This document shows positions 38,936-51,519 of a DNA stretch of 64,000 nt, one piece after another. The notes beneath the pieces were generated by a model, which was not told the origin of the DNA, did not search any database, and saw nothing but the letters and a program-made list of their open reading frames with translations. This stretch comes from Laetmonice hystrix (Eukaryota): the NCBI GenBank assembly GCA_965235115.1, contig OZ249444.1:24800001-24864000 (forward strand). The letters run 5' to 3'. The translations under genes were made by a program, and so were the position numbers. The stretch's first letter is position 1. Each line of letters starts with the position of its first letter.

Positions 38936-39244
38936 TACCGTGAAATCCGATATTTGCCGCTCGTCAAGTGTAAAACAGTGACGTATGTGAGCGTTCACAT
39001 CAATGGTTCCGAATGCGGCCCACAGGGGGCGTTCGCTGGGTGTGCCAGCAAAACTACAGCTGACTTCAGATGTACTCTTCCCGAAATTCGCACCTTGCCG
39101 CCTCTCACCCTCCTCCTCCCTGTCCAATAGAATGTCAACCCTTCCGTTTTTAACACCTTGCTCTTCTCCTGCCTAGTATACACCTCCATGGTAAACTCTC
39201 CACAAAAACTGGATGGTAAGAAACATGCTATTCCTGACTCCAGC

Positions 39245-40530
39245 CTAAACCATTGGCTGGAGGGTTTAACACGGTAACCCAAAAGCGTGGTGATGGAGAA
39301 TTTCCTGTCAGATCCTAACCTAACCTAACCTAACCTAACCATACCATACCATTGTCTGGAGGGTCTAACACGGTAACCCACCAGCGTGGTGGTGGAAACG
39401 TTTCCTGTCAGATCCTAACCTAACCTAACCTAACCTAACCATACCATACCATTGGCTGGAGGGTTTAACACGGTAACCCACCAGCGTGGTGATGGAGAAT
39501 TTCCTGTCAGATCCTAACCTAACCTAACCTAACCTAACCTAACCTAACCTAACCTAACCTAACCTAACCTAACAATTGGCTGGAGGGTTTAACACGGTAA
39601 CCCACCAGCGTGGTGGTGGAAACGTTTCCTGTCAGATCCTAACCTAACCTAACCTAACCTAACCTAACCTAACCTAACCATACCATACCATACCATTGGC
39701 TGGAGGGTTTAACACGGTAACCCACCAGCGTGGTGGTGGAAACGTTTCCTGTCAGATCCTAACCTAACCTAACCTAACCTAACCTAACCATACCATTGGC
39801 GGGAGGGTTTAACACGGTAACCCACCAGCGTGGTGGTGGAAACGTTTCCTGTCAGATCCTAACCTAACCATTGGCTGGAGGGTTTAACACGGTAACCCAC
39901 CAGCGTGGTGGTGGAGAGGTTTCCTGTCAGATCCTAACCTAACCTAACCTAACCATTGGCGGGAGGGTTTAACACGGTAACCCACCAGCGTGGTGGTGGA
40001 GAGGTTTCCTGTCAGATCCTAACCTAACCTAACCTAACCTAACCTAACCTAACCTAACCTAACCAAACCTAACCATTGGCGGGAGGGTTTAACACGGTAA
40101 CCCACCAGCGTGGTGGTGGAAACGTTTCCTGTCAGATCCTATCCTAACCTAACCTATCCTAACCTAACCATACCATTGGCGGGAGGGTTTAACACGGTAA
40201 CCCACCAGCGTGGTGGTGGAAACGTTTCCTGTCAGATCCTATCCTAACCTAACCTAACCTAACCTAACCATTGGCGGGAGGGTTTAACACGGTAACCCAC
40301 CAGCGTGGTGGTGGAGAGGTTTCCTGTCAGATCCTAACCTAACCATTGCCGGGAGGTTAGCGTTTAACACCGTAACCCACCAGCGTGGTGGTGGAGAAGT
40401 TTCCTGTCAGATCCTAACCTAACCTAACCTAACCTAACCTAACCATACCATACCATTGGCGGGAGGTTAGCGTTTAACACGGTAACCCACCAGCGTGGTG
40501 GTGGAGAGGTTTCCTGTCAGATCCTAACGG
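39245..40530. repeat. Compound repeat: ~13 units of a ~65-bp core separated by variable (CCTAA)2-12 tracts
   Basis: Core CCATTGGC.GGAGGGTTTAACACGGTAACCCACCAGCGTGGTGGTGGA...TTTCCTGTCAGAT followed by (CCTAA)n. Confidence 0.95.
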
Positions 40531-40654
40531 TCTCAGATCAGGACGACTGTGGTTTCATGTCAGATATCGCTGACGTCTGAAGCCAGGTGCATGGTAAGAG
40601 GTGTGAACGGTCCACACATGGCTTCTCTTGCCGGTCAAGTCATGTAGAACTCTT

Positions 40655-41500
40655 CAATACCACGCTATCTATGTCAGGCTCACCAGTAAACATAACTCTC
40701 CAATACCACGCTATAACATAACTCTCCAATACCACGCTATCTATGTCAGGCTCACCAGTAAACATAACTCTCCAATACCACGCTATCTATGTCAGGCTCA
40801 CCAGTAAACATAACTCTCCAATACCACGCTATCTATGTCAGGCTCACCAGTAAACATAACTCTCCAATACCACGCTATCTATGTCAGGCTCACCAGTAAA
40901 CATAACTCTCCAATACCACGCTATCTATGTCAGGCTCACCCGTAAACGTAACTCTCCAATACCACGCTATCTATGTCAGGCTCACCAGTAAACGTAACTC
41001 TCCAATACCACGCTATCTATGTCAGGCTCACCAGTAAACATAACTCTCCAATACCACGCTATCTATGTCAGGCTCACCAGTAAACATAACTCTCCAATAC
41101 CACGCTATCTATGTCAGGCTCACCAGTAAACATAACTCTCCAATACCACGCTATCTATGTCAGGCTCACCAGTAAACATAACTCAAATACCACGCTATCT
41201 ATGTCAGGCTCACCAGTAAACATAACTCTCCAATACCACGCTATCTATGTCAGGCTCACCAGTAAACATAACTCTCCAATACCACGCTATCTATGTCAGG
41301 CTCACCAGTAAACGTAACTCTCCAATACCACGCTATCTATGTCAGGCTCACCAGTAAACATAACTCTCCAATACCACGCTATCTATGTCAGGCTCACCAG
41401 TAAACGTAACTCTCAAATACCACGCTATCTATGTCAGGCTCACCAGTAAACATAACTCTCCAATACCACGCTATCTATGTCAGGCTCACCAGTAAACATA
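40655..41500. repeat. 46-bp minisatellite, ~18 copies
   Basis: AATACCACGCTATCTATGTCAGGCTCACCAGTAAACATAACTCTCC. Confidence 0.96.
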
Positions 41501-42039
41501 ACGTACACGGGGATGATTCTTACACTCAGAGGTTATCAGAGGGTAGAAATCCTCATGGCCGCAATGTGAACCCACCACTGCTCTGTGAGTGTATTATATT
41601 TCTGACTAATTCCTGACAACATGACTTGTAACAGGTAGCTGTACAATTAATTAAGTTTCAGCACCCAACTCTCACCCGGAGACGCATCCAGATTCTAATA
41701 ATATTTCATTAAAATTTTTCTGAAGATTTCTAACCTCTTGCTCCAATGTAAAGCACACTTTAAACGGAAGGATGTTCAAGCAATTCGGACATTATAATTC
41801 TGTTCAGTCCATGAGAATGGATTAGTCTGATCAGACTAACTGACTCCATTACACACAATAAAAATCAATTCCAGCCTTCCAATTAGAACTGAAGTGAATT
41901 CATTTTATAATTGTTTATTGACATAACTGTTTAAGTGGAATGGAATCGAAGTTTACACCCTTGGGCGATTACAATTACCCCTATGTATTACCCCCACGCG
42001 AGTTCCCTCACTATATATATGGCCAACCTGTGTCTGTAC

Positions 42040-42645
42040 ACCTCTCTGTCTAACAGTTGGAGGAGATCATAAGTTGTTTGTCTGCGCCCTCTGGCCAGGT
42101 GTTATCTGTCTAACAGTTGGAGGAGATCATAAGTTGTTTGTCTGCGCCCTCTGGCCAGGTGTTATCTGTCTAACAGTTGGAGGAGATCATAAGTTGTTTG
42201 TCTGCGCCCTCTGGCCAGGTGTTATCTGTCTAACAGTTGGAGGAGATCATAAGTTGTTTGTCTGCGCCCTCTGGCCAGGTGTTATCTGTCTAACAGTTGG
42301 AGGAGATCATAAGTTGTTTGTCTGCGCCCTCTGGCCAGGTGTTATCTGTCTAACAGTTGGAGGAGATCATAAGTTGTTTGTCTGCGCCCTCTGGCCAGGT
42401 GTTATCTGTCTAACAGTTGGAGGAGATCATAAGTTGTTTGTCTGCGCCCTCTGGCCAGGTGTTATCTGTCTAACAGTTGGAGGAGATCATAAGTTGTTTG
42501 TCTGCGCCCTCTGGCCAGGTGTTATCTGTCTAACAGTTGGAGGAGATCATAAGTTGTTTGTCTGCGCCCTCTGGCCAGGTGTTATCTGTCTAACAGTTGG
42601 AGGAGATCATAAGTTGTTTTTCTGCGCCCTCTGGCCAGGTGTTAT
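42040..42645. repeat. 60-bp near-perfect repeat, 10 copies
   Basis: Printed 60-nt lines 42061-42600 are identical; one substitution in the last copy. Confidence 0.97.
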
Positions 42646-43399
42646 CCTTTTCTACCTTAGTTCTGTGACTGCCCATATTTCAAACACCGCACTTTACTCC
42701 CGCTCTGACAACATACATGGCACTGTCGATAGAATAATCACCTTTTAAAAATCAAGCGGTCCCGACTGTGGAGGCGGGACACATTCAAAGTGATCTGACA
42801 TGGTGAAATGTCACATCGGGACTGGGATTGTAAGTTAAATCCCTAACTCAGCGATATATGAAGAGAGACCTATTGAGTACGGACAATTCGTGCCCTATAC
42901 CTCCGCCAGATATCATAGACTGGGAGGGGGTCGTCTCAAATTATCTCCGTGTAATAACATCCATAAGTACGTGCGCTGCATGCGGGCCGGCCTGGAACCT
43001 TGATGCCAACAAAGGTTGGAAATGTGGAAAACGAATTACTGGTACTTCCTTTCACAGATACCAAGGTCCCAAGGTGTCTGAGCGGTGAGCCCTGCCAAAG
43101 TTAGGACACTGACTGGTCTCTGCCCTCAGAGGCAAGCCTCTCTCTCCAGGGGAACCTGCCACAGGAGGCAAGTAGTGTAAAACACAGCAACATTTGCCAG
43201 ATAACCAGACAACATGGCTGTCCCTTTATCTCCTCTTGGATCCCTCTCAGATAACTAAAGCCACGACTACGCATGCGCTGTCTGTGTGGGCGTATCTGTG
43301 TGACGTTCGATTAGTTCTTACCCCGACCGCTTGGCTCCACACATCACAGGGGCCGTGAGGGACCTGCTATGGCACCGACATTTGGACTTTGTTCTCTTC

Positions 43400-43415
43400 G
43401 GTTACCATGGTAACC
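43400..43415. promoter_or_regulatory. Perfect palindromic RFX X-box (GGTTACCATGGTAACC)
   Basis: Matches the GTTNCCATGGNAAC consensus exactly; NRF1-like ACGCATGCGC ~130 bp upstream. Motif match only. Confidence 0.4.
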
Positions 43416-43609
43416 AAAGAACCATCAGAAGACTAAATTTTTGCGTGACGGTTCCCACGTTTTCCTTGCTGTTTTTATGCAACAACTGTTGGGTTTTTGG
43501 GGGTTCTTTTTTTCCCGTTTTGTTGTTGATAAAATGACAATGACATTTTAAGTATTTTCAAGGCAACTAGAGTTGAATAAGTACTCGTATTTAACAGACA
43601 ACTGTACTA

Positions 43610-44430
43610 CAGGTGTCCCAGAGGTCCTCCTCCAGTGTCCCAGACGACCACAGGTGTCCCAGAGGTCCTCCTCCAGTGTCCCAGACGACCACAGGTGTCC
43701 CAGAGGTCCTCCTCCAGTGTCCCAGACGACCACAGGTGTCCTAGAGGTCCTCCTCCAGTGTCCCAGACGACCACAGGTGTCCCAGAGGTCCTCCTCCAGT
43801 GTCCCAGACGACCACAGGTGTCCCAGAGGTCCTCCTCCAGTGTCCCAGACGACCACAGGTGTCCCAGAGGTCCTCCTCCAGTGTCCCCGACGACCACAGG
43901 TGTCCTAGAGGTCCTCCTCCAGTGTCCCAGACGACCACAGGTGTCCTAGAGGTCCTCCTCCAGTGTCCCCGACGACCACAGGTGTCCCAGAGGTCCTCCT
44001 CCAGTGTCCCAGACCACAGGTGTGTCCCAGAGGTCCTCCTCCAGTGTCCCAGACGATCACAGGTGTCCCCAGTGACCCAGACGCCGTTCAATCGGGATCT
44101 GTATATTCCGTGACATGTTTCAACCGTTTCAGCCCACCTACTAGCGCCCCCTACTGATCAACCACCCAAGTAATCTGACCCCTCTCAGTGCCCAATCGCG
44201 TCCCTGGCCATTGACGCCGTGTGTCGTGGCCATTGACGACGTGTGTCGTGGCCATTGACGACGTGTGTCGTGGCCATTGACGACGTGTGTCGTGGCCATT
44301 GACGACGTGTGTCGTGGCCATTGACGACGTGTGTCGTGGCCACTGACGGCATGTGTCGTGGCCACTGACGGCGTGTGTCGTGGCCATTGGCAGCGTGTCC
44401 CTGGCCACTGACGGCATGTGTCGTGGCAAA
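43610..44430. repeat. 41-bp array (~43610-44070) and 22-bp array (~44195-44430)
   Basis: CACAGGTGTCCCAGAGGTCCTCCTCCAGTGTCCCAGACGAC, then GTGTGTCGTGGCCATTGACGAC. Confidence 0.93.
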
Positions 44431-45124
44431 AGAAAAAGCAATTCTGCGACTGGACGAGTTTAATTTGTTCCAGAAATGACTTTCTCCTCTTCCAGTTTGG
44501 GATGCTGTCGTTTTTTGATCCCATTGAAACCTCATAAATCAAAATCTCAATCTTGGACGACAGCCCGAACCACTCCCCTTCTAATACTGGTTATCCTTTA
44601 TAACCAAGGCAATTATCAATCTGTTAGCTTAACAAAACAAAAACTGGCCAGAAACAATCTTCGGCTGCGACAGGTGACGGATGTCAACCACTGAATGGGG
44701 GGAGGGGATCGTCGGCTCTGATTGGACGGTTCTGTCACGTGGCCGACAACTGAATACATGGGAGGAGGGGATCGTCGGCTCTGATTGGACGGTTCTGTCA
44801 CGTGGCCGACAACGTGTCCAAGGATACGTCAAGGCCCTCGTAATGCCAGGATCTCGAGTTGACTGTACCAGGATCTTTAGGAGATCTGTCGATTCCCTGT
44901 CATCACACAGGTTCATAAATCATTCCCACCTCAAATTACAAGGACGTCTGACCGGGCAGGGAGGCTAATCTTACAGGAAACCATGTTCAGATTGGTCATT
45001 CCTTTAGCGTGGCTCTCATCGCGTGACCCTTGGAGATTAACCCTGGAGATTGACAACTCTGGGGCAGGGAGGGTCGTGAGCTGTCTGAACTGGAGGAGTG
45101 GGTTCGACCTGCCGGGACGCGAGT

Positions 45125-45995
45125 TACATCCTACCTATAGGGTGACCACAGAATGCTTTTACAGTCACATCCTAGCCGTAACTATATATCCAACAACATC
45201 CTACCTGTGGGGTGACCACAGGTCTCTGAGAACAGTCACATCCTATTACCTGACAACATCCTACCTGTGGGGTGACCACAGGTCACTGAGAACAGTCACA
45301 TCCTACTACCTGACAACATCCTACCTGTGGGGTGACCACAGGTCTCTGAGAACAGTCACATCCTAGCCGTAACTACCTGACAACATCCTACCTGTGGGGT
45401 GACCACAGGTCTCTGAGAACAGTCACATCCTATTACCTGACAACATCCTACCTGTGGGGTGACCACAGGTCACTGAGAACAGTCACATCCTACTACCTGA
45501 CAGCATCCTACCTGTGGGGTGACCACAGGTCACTGAGAACAGTCACATCCTATTACCTGACAACATCCTACCTGTGGGGTGACCACAGGTCTCTGAGAAC
45601 AGTCACATCCTAGCCGTAACTACCTGACAACATCCTACCTGTGGGGTGACCACAGGTCTCTGAGAACAGTCACATCCTAGCCGTAACTACCTGACACCAT
45701 CCTACCTGTGGGGTGACCACAGGTCTCTGAGAACAGTCACATCCTACTACCTGACAACATCCTACCTGTGGGGTGACCACAGGTCTCTGAGAACAGTCAC
45801 ATCCTAGCCGTAACTACCTGACAATATCCTACCTGTGGGGTGACCACAGGTCTCTGAGAACAGTCACATCCTACTACCTGACAATATCCTACCTGTGGGG
45901 TGACCACAGGTCTCTGAGAACAGTCACATCCTACTACCTGACAACATCCTACCTGTGGGGTGACCACAGGTCTCTGAGAACAGTCACATCCTACT
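45125..45995. repeat. 60/67-bp minisatellite with an internal hairpin, ~14 copies
   Basis: Each unit contains ACCTGTGG-GGTGA-CCACAGGT (8-bp stem). Confidence 0.95.
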
Positions 45996-46065
45996 ACCTT
46001 TTCTTTTCCTACTTCCTCATGGAAACTCTCCACTGTATTCTGCCTAGTTCAACATTTTGAACTGA

Positions 46066-46345
46066 AAGATTTTGATGGGGAGTGGATGATTTTGATGGGG
46101 AGTGGATGATTTTGATGGGGGAGTGGATGATTTTGATGGCGAGTGGATGATTTTGATGGCGAGTGGATGATTTTGACGGCGACTGGGGGATTGTGATGGG
46201 TGAGTGGAGGATTTTGATGGGGAGTGGAGGATTTTGATGGGGGAGTGGAGGATTTTGATGGGGGAGTGGAGGATTTTGATGGAGAGTAGAGGATTCTGAT
46301 GGAGAGTGGAGGATTTTGATGGGGAAGTGGAGGATTTTGATGGGG
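46066..46345. repeat. 19-20-bp G-rich repeat, ~14 copies
   Basis: GATTTTGATGGGGAGTGGA(T/G). Confidence 0.9.
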
Positions 46346-47994
46346 AGAAAATGAGTGTCCCTCGGCCCAGGTCGATCAGAGAGATTTCAAATGCAGGCAT
46401 GTGTTTGTATCCCCCCACACCTCCACGACTTCAGTCTGAGACAGCCGTGGACGCTGACAGTTACTATGACAACCAGGTACACCTGTACAACCAAACAACC
46501 TGCACAATACTCCAGCCTGACAATTGCAGCTTCATCCTGTTGATTCAAAAAGACGACTTTGGCTTACACTGAAATCCATAATGGTTTATTGCTCACTAAC
46601 AGGACATGAGTGTCTGTGAGGTTTTAAACCTGGAGAATGTCACGAACCTAGTCGTATTCCATGACAGAAACTTGGACCTGTGAAATACAAGACCGGTGAA
46701 TGGAAAGTGACTCTCTCTCTCAGAACAACGTTATTGTCACATGATTCTAAATCCATTTCAAAGTCCGCGAAAGTCTCTAACTTCCCACAGATACGAGCGG
46801 TAACAGGGGAACCAGGGGAATACCGTCAAGTTTAGAGCTGCGTTTCAATGTTCTATATTTACAGGAACCACCCTCAAACCTGTCCATCTTCAATTCATTC
46901 CGAATAAAACATAAATAATTTCTAACATGTCGACTGTATGCAAAGATTAGAAGTGGTATCTATACAGCGTAATTGCCTAGTGCCATGTTCTTTTCCTAGT
47001 TTCTCATCCTGGAGTTTATTGTGACTGAGCAACTTGTGTTTGGTTTACGGTAATCATTGTCTGGCTGGTTGCTGAAGACAATAGTGGTGGACCCAGCCCT
47101 CATTGTGACTGTGGTCCGTGTGGGCTGCCCACTCTGGCCCTGGTCGGCCTGTCACAGCTTGCGCTGGTCGTCTCGGACCGAGACTGACCGCTGGTCACGT
47201 CCGCCACCCGTCCTGGCTGACCCAGTGAAGCGTGACGGGTTAAGTTCTCACCCTGAACCCCGACCTCACTGTGAGGGTCAAGACAACCCTCCACCCCTGT
47301 CAGCCTGGCATTGAGATGATTTAAGTTGCATCCACTGATGGCATTTCTACTGAATCCCAGTACCCGCCTCAGCCGGTCTGTTAGTCGACCCTGGAGACAG
47401 GAGCTGAAGAAACACGGACACGCGTACAACAGACATTACTAACTCCCAGCGGGTTCCAGGGTGCGTTCACTGACATGTAGCGTCTCAAATCGTTAAGAAA
47501 AGTTTCCAAAGTGTGCAGGTTAAAAGGCCGAACGTTTCCTACCGCACGTGACGTTTCCTAACGCACGTGACGTTTCCTTACGCCACATACTACTGAACGG
47601 GTCCCGGTTATCGTTATGATTAGCGCGCCCCCTGGCGCCCGATCACGGAAACCATGCCCAACCCACTGGCAGTTTACAATAAGCGGTTTAATTAGCCAGG
47701 TGTGAACCCCAGCAGGTATGATTGGTCTGACCGTGTGCGGCGTGTAGCCAGCTGATCACAGGTGTGATTGGTCTGACCGTGTGAGGCGTGCAGCACGCAT
47801 TTCACCAATTTTATATTTCGCCAAATTTTAACAAATTTGTGGGTAAAAATTCAACGTATTCAATTTCGAAGGTTTTGCTATTCTGTCAGTGTTTATCAGT
47901 CATTTAACTTCCTGAAATATCCGAAGAGTAAACATTTTGAAATGAGTAGTTGGTGACCACGAGTTGCGGACCCAGATAACGTTTCACCTTGAGA

Positions 47995-48385
47995 TAGTGA
48001 CGTGACTCGGGAAGCAGGTGTACGGGCGGTTTACACTGATGTGACGGTACTGTGACTCGGGAAGCAGGTGTACGGGCGGGTTAGGTTGATGTGACGGTAC
48101 TGTGACTCGGGAAGCAGGTGTACGGGCGGGTTAGGTTGATGTGACGGTACTGTGACTCGGGAAGCAGGTGTACGGGCGGGTTACACTGATGTGACGGTAC
48201 TGTGACTCGGGAAGCAGGTGTACGGGCGGTTTACACTGATGTGACGGTACTGTGACTCGGGAAGCAGGTGTAGGGGCGGGTTAGGTTGATGTGACGGTAC
48301 TGTGACTCGGGAAGCAGGTGTACGGGGTTGATGTGAAGGTACTGTGACTCGGGAAGCAGGTGTACGGGCGGTTTACACTGATGTG
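47995..48385. repeat. 50-bp minisatellite, ~8 copies
   Basis: GTGACGGTACTGTGACTCGGGAAGCAGGTGTACGGGCGG followed by alternating tails TTTACACTGAT or GTTAGGTTGAT. Confidence 0.92.
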
Positions 48386-48589
48386 ACGGTACTTTCCCCA
48401 GATAATACCCACACCTGTAATCTGAAATCTGAACACCTGTAATCTGTTTCCCCAGATAATACCCACACCTGTAATCTGAAATTGTCATGATATAACCACT
48501 CCATACATTAATCCACACCCTGGGATTAACATTTAATTACCACGGCTAACACGACAATACGATAAGCCACCAGTAGGATCCCATCAGAA

Positions 48590-49272
48590 AGGGTTGGGGT
48601 GGGGGTGTGGGGGGTACCAGCGTTTACTCCGACGGTTGGGTGGGGGTGGAGGGTGGGGGTGTGGGGGGTACCAGCGTTTACTCCGAGGGTTGGGGTGGAG
48701 TGGGGGGGGGGGGTACCAGCGTTTATCCCGACGGTTGGGTGGGGTGGGGGTGTGGGGGTACCAGCGTTTACTTCGACGGTTGGGGTGGAGTGCGAGGGGT
48801 ACCAGCGTTTATCCCGACGGTTGGGTGGGGTGGGGGTGTGGGGGGTACCAGCGTTTACTCTGACGGTTGGGGTGGAGTGCGAGGGGTACCAGCGTTTATC
48901 CCGACGGTTGGGTGGGGTGGGGGTGTGGGGGTACCAGCGTTTACTCCGACGGTTGGGGTGGAGTGCGAGGGGTACCAGCGTTTATCCCGACGGTTGGGTG
49001 GGGTGGGGGTGTGGGGGTACCAGCGTTTACTCCGACGGTTGGGGTGGGGGTGTGGGGGTTGGGAGTACCAGCGTTTACTCCGACGGTTGGGGTGGGGTGC
49101 GGGGGGTACCAGCGTTTATCCCGACGGTTGGGGTGGGGGTGTGGGGGTTGGGAGTACCAGCGTTTACTCCGACGGTTGGGGTGGGGTAGGGTAGGGCTGG
49201 GGGGTACCAGCGTTTACTCCGACGGTTGGGGTGGGGTAGGGTAGGGGTGGGGGTACCAGCGTTTACTCCGAC
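48590..49272. repeat. ~42-bp very G-rich minisatellite, ~16 copies
   Basis: GGGGTACCAGCGTTTACTCCGACGGTTGGGTGGGGTGGGGGTGTG. Confidence 0.93.
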
Positions 49273-50159
49273 TATTTTGCGTGAATCATGTCTAGTTGAT
49301 AATATTGTGAGTACTTAACCACAATAATGGTAGAATTTCCCTGAATCACCCACTGAGCGGATAACATACTTAAAGAGACGCGTCACTTTTCTCAGTGGCG
49401 CCACCTCGTGGCAATTGACGAACTCTATTTTTACACGTTGCAACGCGTTTTTTACGTCACTCATGCTGTCAACAACACGGCAATGCAGAGGCAGAGTCAA
49501 GTCTGGCCGCTTCGGATCCCAGAAACAGTTTGACAAAAGGCTTCACGATGCCAGAAAAATGTACTTGACTATGTGTTTTAACATTGGAGTCTATGGGACC
49601 GATAAGACCCTTGGTAGTGAAAATGTCAATATCTCATGAATTTCCATGGTGACATATGATTTTTTTAAATCTAAAGTGTTCAAAACAAGTCATGCAACAA
49701 TTCTGAGAAGTATTTTCAGAATCTCTGGGTTAGAAATGTCTGAAAAAAATCTTCTCTCTTCTAATTCGAACCAAAAATTTCACGTATCTCTCTCTACTCT
49801 AGACTGTAGTAGTGCGAGTTGAAGGCCTATCTTCAAATGCTCATAACTCAGGATCCGATATGGTGACCCGCCATTTTCTTTGCACCAAAATACTCGAAAA
49901 ATGTAGAATTATTTTATGTGAAAGTAGCCTGAAAATCTCTGGGTCAGAAATTTTTGGCTTATTGGTGTCGAGTCCCTTTAAACTACTTGTACCTACTCAC
50001 CTACCTACCCGGGGGTGGGGTAGTTATTACTACCCACCCTCCCAGGTAACCAAGGAGATGTAGTCATTACCCCACCCCATACCAATATAAAATATAGGTG
50101 CCCGGGTCGTTAATACATCCAGCGCATGTCAACCTCCATCAAGTCCGTTCTTAGCCGGG

Positions 50160-51015
50160 AGGGGGTCCACCATATCCCGGTCCCTGTGGACGGGTGGCGG
50201 TCCACCATATCCCGGTCCCTGTGGGCGGGTGGCGGTCCACCATATCCCGGTCCCTGTGGACGGGTGGCGGTCCACCATATCCCGGTCCCTGTGGACGGGT
50301 GGCGGTCCACCATATCCCGGTCCCTGTGGACGGGTGGCGGTCCACCATATCCCGGTCCCTGTGGACGGGTGGCCGTCCACCATATCCTGGTCCCTGTGGG
50401 CGGGTGGCGGTCCACCATATCCCGGTCCCGGTGGACGGGTGGCCGTCCACCATATCCCGGTCCCTGTGGACGGGTGGCGGTCCACCATATCCCGGTCCCT
50501 GTGGACGGGTGGCCATCCACCATATTCCGGTCCCTGTGGACGGGTGGCCGTCCACCATATCCCGGTCCCAATGGACGGGTGGGGGTCCACCATATCCCGG
50601 TCCCTGTGGACGGGTGGCTGTCCACCATATCCCGGTCCCTGTGGACGGGTGGCCGTCCACCATATCCTGGTCCCTGTGGACGGGTGGCCGTCCACCATAT
50701 CCCGGTCCCTGTGGACGGGTGGCTGTCCACCATATCCCGGTCCCTGTGGACGGGTGGCGGTCCACCATATCCCGGTCCCTGTGGACGGGTGGCGGTCCAC
50801 CATATCCCGGTCCCTGTGGACGGGTGGCCGTCCACCATATACCGGTCCCTGTGGACGGGTGGCGGTCCACCATATCCCGGTCCCTGTGGACGGGTGGCGG
50901 TCCACCATATCCCGGTCCCTATGGGCGGGTGGCGGTCCACCATATCCCGGTCCCTGTGGACGGGTGGCGGTCCACCATATCCCGGTCCCTGTGGACGGGT
51001 GGCCGTCCACCATTT
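50160..51015. repeat. 35-bp minisatellite, ~24 copies
   Basis: CCACCATATCCCGGTCCCTGTGGACGGGTGGCGGT; source of six overlapping pseudo-ORFs. Confidence 0.96.
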
Positions 51016-51519
51016 CAGGGTTTTTACCCCCAGATTTTGTGGACTTGTTACCATAGTGACCGAGCTCTCTCCCTGTCGTGAACGCTGTAACCTGGCGTTC
51101 CAACATGTAAGGTGACGGGACCGAATGTCACACTCAACCGCTGCTAATATTTACAAAGTTGAAGTCATAAGTTCCCCCCCCCCCCCGAGTATTTGGCCAC
51201 ATTTCATGTCATTCATATTTGACATCAATCTGAAGAGTAAATTTGATTCTTTCTTACCTAAGTAGTGGATATATGGTTCACCAGGCTTAGAATAGCCAAA
51301 TCACGAGTTTTTGTGTGTAAATATTTACTTTCTGAAAAAAGCATATCTCGGTAATCGTACCGACGGGCTATTACTGTAATAGGAGGGCATTATGCGATTA
51401 GAATCGTTCACTGTCTGAACTCGACATGTACTTCTCTCTCGAACTGTGCAATGTTCAAACAATGCCCACTGACTCCAGGAGTCGTTCTGACCAATTTCTT
51501 CCAATGTCTCGGCACCCTA

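Noticed and set aside
39245-40530. CRISPR-like repeat-spacer appearance, here and in other arrays
   Set aside because: The spacers are microsatellite or absent, not unique sequence. There are no cas genes and the context is a spliced eukaryotic gene.
46306-46572. ORF with a unique-looking tail (LQSETAVDADSYYDNQ) and a CAG|GTAC donor-like site
   Set aside because: It starts in a repeat, has no recognisable domain, and I could not link it to other exons.
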